Below, piece by piece: positions 57,967-64,000 of a DNA stretch of 64,000 nucleotides. Made by a program: the position numbers and the translations under genes. Origin of the DNA: Deinococcus sp. (GTDB lineage: Bacteria > Deinococcota > Deinococci > Deinococcales > Deinococcaceae); assembly GCA_965261005.1 (NCBI GenBank), contig OZ253375.1, positions 992,001 to 1,056,000 on the forward strand, given 5' to 3'. Position 1 is the first letter of the stretch; every line of letters begins with the position of its first letter. The notes beneath the pieces were generated by a model that was given only the letters and a program-made list of their open reading frames with translations, was not told the origin of the DNA and did no database searches.

Positions 57967-59015
57967 CGCGCGCCGCGTCGGGCAGCCGGCGTTTGCTGGG
58001 CGAGCGGCTGCACGCTTACATTCAGCGCCAGCGCAGCCGGGGACAGTTGCTGATCGCGGGCTACTGCGGCTGGGGCGCCTCGGGTCGGGCCGTGCTGGAG
58101 GGCCGGGTGCTGCGCCCACGCCGGCTCGGCGAGGCCGCCGCCCTCGATCCGCGCTGGCGCAACGCCCTCAACATCCTGCGGCGCCTCGCCAGCCGCGAGG
58201 TCGGCGGCGTGCGGGTGCGCGGCCAAATCGGCGAAGCAAGTGCCGAGGACGTGTCCGACGAGGAGGGCTACTTCCGGCTTGACTTCCGCTTCGCCGGGGT
58301 GATGGCGGACGGCTGGCACGACGCCCACCTGTCGCTGCCGGGCCGGCCCGAGCGGGCAGAGGCGCCCATGCGGCTCGTGCACGCGGCCGACTTCGGCGTG
58401 ATCTCCGACCTCGACGACACCGTGCTGCGCACCGGGGCCGCCAAGGTGTGGCAGATGTTCGCCACCGTCATTCTCAACAACGCCCTCACGAGGCTGCCCT
58501 TTCCGGGCGGCGCCGAGCTGTACCGCGCCCTGACAACCGGCCCCGGCGGCACGGCCAACAACCCGGTCTTCTACGTGTCGAGCAGCCCCTGGAATTTGTT
58601 CGATCTGCTGTGGCTGTTTCTCAGGCACAACGGGCTGCCGCTGGGGCCGCTGCTGCTGCGCGATTGGGGCCTCAACTTCATCACGGGCGGCCGGGCGCAC
58701 AAGCTCGACGCCATCGCGCGCCTGTTCGCGCTGTACCCCGACCTCCCCTTCGTGCTGCTCGGCGACAGCGGCGAGCGCGACCCGGAAATCTACGCCGAGG
58801 TGGTGCGCCGCTTTCCGAATCGGGTGCGCGCGGTGTACATCCGCGACGTTTCCGGGCGGCGGCGCAGCGCCCAGGTGCGGGAACTGGCCGGCGAGCTGCG
58901 CGCCCACGCCGTGGACCTGATCCTGGCCCCCGACACGCTGGCGGCGGCCCACCACGCTTACGCCACCGGCCTGATCGGGGCGCGCGGTCTGCGCGAGGTG
59001 AGCGCGGCGGTTTGA
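57963..59015 (+). CDS. App1-family phosphatidate phosphatase (DUF2183)
   Basis: ISDLDDTV, YVSSSPWNL, LRDWG, LLGDSGERDPEIY, YIRDV. Confidence 0.88.
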   Translation: MTRAASGSRRLLGERLHAYIQRQRSRGQLLIAGYCGWGASGRAVLEGRVLRPRRLGEAAALDPRWRNALNILRRLASREVGGVRVRGQIGEASAEDVSDEEGYFRLDFRFAGVMADGWHDAHLSLPGRPERAEAPMRLVHAADFGVISDLDDTVLRTGAAKVWQMFATVILNNALTRLPFPGGAELYRALTTGPGGTANNPVFYVSSSPWNLFDLLWLFLRHNGLPLGPLLLRDWGLNFITGGRAHKLDAIARLFALYPDLPFVLLGDSGERDPEIYAEVVRRFPNRVRAVYIRDVSGRRRSAQVRELAGELRAHAVDLILAPDTLAAAHHAYATGLIGARGLREVSAAV

Positions 59016-59160
59016 AAGCGGTGGTCAGAGGTATTGAGGGGCGGTTCCTCAATACCTCTGACCCGAGTGGAACGAGCAACCGTCATGGGGAGCGGTCGGA
59101 GTGGAGTTGATGGACGTGTTCTTCGTCCATCGACGGAACGGAGTGCCGCGATGAACGCTA
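59016..59160. repeat. Structured intergenic repeat related to the 11546-11720 element
   Basis: Perfect 17-bp stem GGTCAGAGGTATTGAGG / CCTCAATACCTCTGACC followed by GAGTGGAACGA as in the 11.5 kb element; second hairpin near 59107-59133. Confidence 0.75.
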
Positions 59161-60555
59161 GTCCAGCGTCATGAACAAATTGTTCAAGCTCTCCGACAGC
59201 AGCGGGTGGGCGAACACGCCGTCGCGCAGGGCCGTGTAGGGCAGCTGGCCCATCATCGCCACCTCCAGCACCGTCATCACCTCGCCGCCCTCGGGACCCA
59301 GAATGGCCGCGCCCAGAATCTGATTCGTGTCGGCGTCCACCACCGCCTTCATAAAGCCGCGCGTCTCGTCCGTCTCAATGGCGCGCGCCACCGAGGTCAT
59401 GGGGAGCTTGGCGACCCTGACGTTCTTGCCCGCCTCGCGCGCCTCGCGCTCGCTCAAGCCCACCCGGCCGAGCTGCGGGTCCATGAAGACGGTGTACGGC
59501 ACCGGGCGGTCATGGGTGTTGCGGTTTCCGCCGCGCAACAGGTTGTCGCGCACGATGCGGAAGTCGTCGTAGGAGATGTGCGTGAAGGCGGGGCCGCCCT
59601 TCACGTCGCCCAGCGCCCAGATGCCGAGCACACCCGTTTCGAGCTTTTCGTTCACCTGGATATGCCCGCCCCTATCCGTCTCCACCCCGGCCGCCGCCAG
59701 GTTGAGGGTGCCTACGTTGGGCGTTCGGCCCACGGCGACCAGGACATGGGTGCCGCGCAGCTCGCGCTCGCCGCCGTCTATTTGGGCGCGCAGCCAGAGT
59801 TCTTCGCCGTCCCGGCCCGCCCTTGTCACCTTGGCCCCCAGACACAGCTCGACGCCGTCTTGGGTCAGGATCTTCGCGACCTCGTCCGACACGTCCTCGT
59901 CCTCGCGGCTGAGCAGCCTGGGGGCGCGCTCGACGAGCGTCACCCGGGCGCCGAAGCGCCGGAACATCTGCGCGAACTCCACGCCGATGTAGCTGCCGCC
60001 CATGATCAGCAGGTGCCCCGGCACCTCGCCCAGTTCCATGACCGTGGTCGAGTTGAGCGGCTCCAGCTCGCGCAAACCCGGCACGTCTGGCAGCGAGGGG
60101 CGCGCGCCGGTGTTGAGGAAAATCTTGGGCGCGCTCAGGGTGAGGTCGCCGCCCGCGTTCAGCGTCACCCGCAAGGTCTGCGGCCCGGTGAAGCTGGCCT
60201 CGCCGAACAGCAGGGTGATCTTTTGGTTGTCCTGCAAGCCATGCTCGCCGCTTTCCCGGAACGCCTTCACAACATCACGCTTGCGCTCACGGACCTTGCT
60301 CAAGTCCACCCCGACCTCGCTGACCTCCACGCCGTAGTCCCCCGCCCGGCGCGCCAGGTAGGCGACCCGCGCGCTGGCGACCATGGTCTTGGTGGGGGTA
60401 CAGCCCTCGTTGACGCAGGTGCCGCCCACGTGCTCGCGCTCGATCACGGCGACCTTCCAGCCCTCCGCACTCAGAGCTTGTGCCAGGGGCGACCCGGCTT
60501 GGCCCGCCCCGACGATGACGGCGTCGTACTGCTGAACTTCGTTTGCTTGGGTCAT
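59158..60555 (-). CDS. Pyridine nucleotide-disulfide oxidoreductase (mercuric reductase-like family)
   Basis: GAGQAG, GGTCVNEGCTPTK redox motif, GGSYIGVE, ALGDV; no C-terminal CC. Confidence 0.9.
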   Translation of the reverse strand: MTQANEVQQYDAVIVGAGQAGSPLAQALSAEGWKVAVIEREHVGGTCVNEGCTPTKTMVASARVAYLARRAGDYGVEVSEVGVDLSKVRERKRDVVKAFRESGEHGLQDNQKITLLFGEASFTGPQTLRVTLNAGGDLTLSAPKIFLNTGARPSLPDVPGLRELEPLNSTTVMELGEVPGHLLIMGGSYIGVEFAQMFRRFGARVTLVERAPRLLSREDEDVSDEVAKILTQDGVELCLGAKVTRAGRDGEELWLRAQIDGGERELRGTHVLVAVGRTPNVGTLNLAAAGVETDRGGHIQVNEKLETGVLGIWALGDVKGGPAFTHISYDDFRIVRDNLLRGGNRNTHDRPVPYTVFMDPQLGRVGLSEREAREAGKNVRVAKLPMTSVARAIETDETRGFMKAVVDADTNQILGAAILGPEGGEVMTVLEVAMMGQLPYTALRDGVFAHPLLSESLNNLFMTLD

Positions 60556-60609
60556 GTCGCCCTTAAGGTACACGCTGACCCGGCCCCGAAAATGCGCCAC
60601 AATACCCGC

Positions 60610-61281
60610 ATGAGCGCGCCCGTGCCAGCGCCCGACTCCCCGAGGTCCGTCCCACACAGGTCTGCCCCGCCCATGTCTGCCAACGTCACGAACAGCTTGA
60701 TTCACCTCTACCGCGGCGAGGTTGGGCGCATGACGGCTTACCGCGTGCGGCTGGACACCACCACCAACTGGGCGGTCATCATCACGGCGGGCCTACTCGG
60801 CTACGCCTTCAGCGAGCGGGGGTCGCACGCCATTTTGCTGGGCGCCATGCTGCTCGACTACTTCTTTTTGCACGTGGAGGCCCGGCGCTTTCGCTCCTTT
60901 GAGATCGCCCACCTGCGGGTGCGGCTGCTGGAGCGCTTCTTCTTTCCGACGGCGCTGGGCGAGGCGCGCGACCCGGCCTGGCGCGCCTACATGATCCGCG
61001 AGTTGGAAAAGCCCCACCTACCCCTCGACCGCGTGCAGGCGCTGGGCTGGCGGCTGCGCCACAACTACCTATGGATCTACGCCGCCACCCTGATCGCTTG
61101 GCTGGTCAAGCTGGACCTCGGGCGCTCCATCGCGATGGACAAGAGCGTGTGGCAATACCTCGACCGCGCCCGCATTGAAGATGTGCCCGGCGCCGTCATA
61201 TTCGGCGCCGTGGCAGTCTGGTACGTCTTCTTAGTGCTGCTGGCCGTGCGCGCCCACACCTACCCGCTGGAACTGGATTAG
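60610..61281 (+). CDS. DUF2270-family membrane protein
   Basis: LIHLYRGE..RM..YR.RLD.TTNWA, EARRFR, RLRHNYLW. Confidence 0.85.
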   Translation: MSAPVPAPDSPRSVPHRSAPPMSANVTNSLIHLYRGEVGRMTAYRVRLDTTTNWAVIITAGLLGYAFSERGSHAILLGAMLLDYFFLHVEARRFRSFEIAHLRVRLLERFFFPTALGEARDPAWRAYMIRELEKPHLPLDRVQALGWRLRHNYLWIYAATLIAWLVKLDLGRSIAMDKSVWQYLDRARIEDVPGAVIFGAVAVWYVFLVLLAVRAHTYPLELD

Positions 61282-61284
61282 AGC

Positions 61285-61878
<594 letters not shown>

Positions 61879-62079
61879 GGTTTCCTCCGTTGGCGATCAC
61901 GCTAGCACCGACGTTCCCGCAGGCGCCACAAGTCCCCTCACCATCCCAAGCGGGAACCTGAGATTGTGTACGTAAGACACGAATAAGGCCAGGGTGCGAT
62001 AAGATGGGGATAGCGGCCGTGACGTGCGGCTGACGCGGAGCGGGTGAAGTGAGGCGAGTCAAGTGAGGCGGGGGACGCG

Positions 62080-63000
62080 ATGAACAGCATGGACAACAAG
62101 CTACAGGCCAAACACGACGTCGAGCGCGCCCGCCTGATCGCGTCGGTGGGTGACCTGCTGAGCGTGCTGCGCGGCGTGCCCAATGAGCTGCTGCCCTTCG
62201 AGTGGGTCCAGCATCTCGCGCCGCACGGCGAGCACCACTTGGGCCTTCATTCCATCGCGGTGGACGCCGTCATCGGCAGCGTGGACCGTTACCGCGAGTT
62301 TTCGCGCCACTTTTTGCCCAAAGAGGACCACCTCGACGAGCGCTGGATGGGCATTCGCGCGGCCCAACTCGGCGGGCGCGAGCTGCCCCCCATCCAGGTG
62401 TACAAGGTGGGCGAGCTGTACTTCGTCAAGGACGGCAACCACCGGGTGTCGGTGGCCAGGAAGAGCGGCCAAAAGTACATTGACGCCCACATCATCGAGC
62501 TGGACGTGCGCGTGGCGCCGGAGGCGGGCGACACCCTGCGCGATTTGATTATTAAGGGCGAGTACGCTCACTTTCTGAACGTGACGGGCCTGGCCGAGGT
62601 GGCGCCCGGCCACGCCGAAATCCGCTTCACGGCGCCGGGCCGTTACGACTTCTTGCTCGACCACATTCGCACCCGCCAGTACCACTTGGGCGTCAAGTAC
62701 GGGCGCGAGGTGCCGTGGGCCGAGGCGGTCGAGAGTTGGCACCGCCGGCTGTATTGCCGCGTGACCGAACACACCCGCACGCACGGGATCATGCGCCTGT
62801 TTCCGGGCCGCACCGAGGCCGACTTGTACCTGTGGATCATGGACCACCGCTACTTTTTGTGCGAGCGCTACGGTTTCGACGTGGGCAGCGAGGTGGCGAC
62901 CCTCAACTTCGCGCGCTTGCACGCCCCTAAGCTGTGGCGCCGCCTCGGCCGGCAAGCGGCGCTGCTGTGGCAGGGACAGAAGTTCAGCCCGGCGGGCTGA
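62080..63000 (+). CDS. ParB-like/DUF4032 domain protein
   Basis: IGSVDRYREF, LPPIQVY, YFVKDGNHRVSVA, RTEADLYLWIMDH. Confidence 0.75.
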   Translation: MNSMDNKLQAKHDVERARLIASVGDLLSVLRGVPNELLPFEWVQHLAPHGEHHLGLHSIAVDAVIGSVDRYREFSRHFLPKEDHLDERWMGIRAAQLGGRELPPIQVYKVGELYFVKDGNHRVSVARKSGQKYIDAHIIELDVRVAPEAGDTLRDLIIKGEYAHFLNVTGLAEVAPGHAEIRFTAPGRYDFLLDHIRTRQYHLGVKYGREVPWAEAVESWHRRLYCRVTEHTRTHGIMRLFPGRTEADLYLWIMDHRYFLCERYGFDVGSEVATLNFARLHAPKLWRRLGRQAALLWQGQKFSPAG

Positions 63001-63022
63001 GGCGGCGCGCTACACTTCCCGC

Positions 63023-63553
63023 ATGCTCGACAGCAGCTCTTTGCGGCGCCTCGGCGAGTCCCCGGCCGAGGTCGCGGCGCAGCTCAAAAGCGCCTTGACC
63101 GACTTCGAGGCGGCGCTCGCGCAGACGCGGGACCGTTGGGACGTGCCGGTGTTCCGGGTGGCGCCCAGCCCCGACTTTTCCCTGACCTGGAGTCCTGCCC
63201 AGCAGGCCGAGCACGTCCTAAAGGCCACCATCAGCTTTTCCAAGCTGGTGTACGTGCTCGGCGGCGACAAACCTCTGCCAGCCGTGCCGCGCGGGCGCGG
63301 GCCGCTCTCGCCTGAGGGGCGCCGCGTCTCGCCGGCTGGCTTTCTGCCGGACGGTGGCCTGACTTGGGAAGACTGGCAAGCCAAGTGGTCAGAGATAAAC
63401 GGCCGCTTTCTGAGCGAGGTGGAGCGCGTTGATCCGGTCTCCACACGGGTCTTTTGGCACCCCTACCTGGGCGACCTCGGCGCGCTCGATTGGGCGCGGG
63501 TGGCCGCGCTGCATACCCGCAGCCACCGCCAGCAGCTCGGGGTGAGCGGGTGA
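63023..63553 (+). CDS. DinB-family protein
   Basis: WSPAQQAEHV, HPYLG, HTRSH..Q; leaderless after TACACT. Confidence 0.85.
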   Translation: MLDSSSLRRLGESPAEVAAQLKSALTDFEAALAQTRDRWDVPVFRVAPSPDFSLTWSPAQQAEHVLKATISFSKLVYVLGGDKPLPAVPRGRGPLSPEGRRVSPAGFLPDGGLTWEDWQAKWSEINGRFLSEVERVDPVSTRVFWHPYLGDLGALDWARVAALHTRSHRQQLGVSG

Positions 63554-63912
63554 CCTTGTCCGGCGGCTTCGCGCTCGACGCTCACCTCAGCTTCGCGCGG
63601 CCCCTGACCCGCGCGGAGGCCGAGCGCCAGCTTGCAGCTTGGGGCCTGCCCTACACCCTCTACGGCGACCCCGGCGGCGAGGTGCGCGGCGCGCGGCTGA
63701 CCGGCCAGCTCGGCGCGGGCGAGGTGCGGCGCCTGTTACAAACCGGCCTAGCAGGGGGCGGCCTGCGCGCCGCCGAGTTGGGCTTGCGCGGCCACCTGCG
63801 CGCCGAGGACGGCCAGACCGAGTGGATGCCCTGGACGCGCGCCCGGGTGCTCGCGAAAACGGCCTGGGAGCAAGTCGAGCTGCAAGAAGGCGTGCGCTAC
63901 GTGCTGGAATGA
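63550..63912 (+). CDS. Hypothetical protein
   Basis: GTGA overlap with the DinB gene, GC-rich third codon positions. Confidence 0.65.
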   Translation: MTLSGGFALDAHLSFARPLTRAEAERQLAAWGLPYTLYGDPGGEVRGARLTGQLGAGEVRRLLQTGLAGGGLRAAELGLRGHLRAEDGQTEWMPWTRARVLAKTAWEQVELQEGVRYVLE

Positions 63913-64000
63913 GATGTGCTGGAATAGTCGGAGAGGGCCGTGTCCAGTTCTTTTCGCAGCAGGGCGCCGGCCTCTGCGGCGGGCAGAGGTTTGCTCAGCA
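63897..64000 (-). CDS. 3' end of a probable EAL-domain protein (partial)
   Basis: Manual translation LSKPLPAAEAGALLRKELD...* resembles the C-terminal (QGY)xxSKPLP motif of EAL domains; only about 33 codons visible. Confidence 0.4.
   Translation of the reverse strand, partial: LSKPLPAAEAGALLRKELDTALSDYSSTSHSST

Noticed and set aside
59158..60555. merA mercury resistance gene
   Set aside because: No C-terminal Cys-Cys pair, no N-terminal HMA domain and no mer operon; a generic family member.
61967..61985. Possible RDRM (DdrO) radiation-response site GTACGTAAGACACGAAT
   Set aside because: Several mismatches to the palindromic consensus, and the flanking genes are not typical regulon members.

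Overview
GC-rich chromosomal window, most likely from a Deinococcus-like (Deinococcota) bacterium, judged from leaderless TAnnnT -10 boxes 5-7 nt before start codons, Deinococcus-type repeats and IS elements, and a HAIR box at lon. The backbone is housekeeping: ftsK, dnaG, lon, hisJ-like PHP, polX, a branched-chain amino acid ABC operon, asp23-DAK2, and a dcw cluster (murF-mraY-murD-ftsW / murG-murC-murB-ftsQ-ftsA-ftsZ) followed by ribF and others. There are two accessory regions. (1) 22.8-25.1 kb: an AT-richer HTH + variant peptide deformylase pair, an IS982 remnant and an Xre-RES toxin-antitoxin module. (2) 32.5-47.7 kb, between ftsW and murG: a shattered DUF4157 (eCIS-associated) polymorphic toxin locus. 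Its N-terminal gene is cut by an IS, and its downstream 8.4 kb was inverted between two inverted IS copies (the TTAA target duplication is split across them). Undoing the inversion restores a co-oriented array: toxin C-terminus, immunity gene, an orphan ADP-ribosyltransferase, and a second paralogous toxin/immunity pair of an unassigned, possibly NAD-targeting family. A decayed copy of the murG 5' end marks the far boundary. All calls come from reading the sequence by eye; no searches were run.
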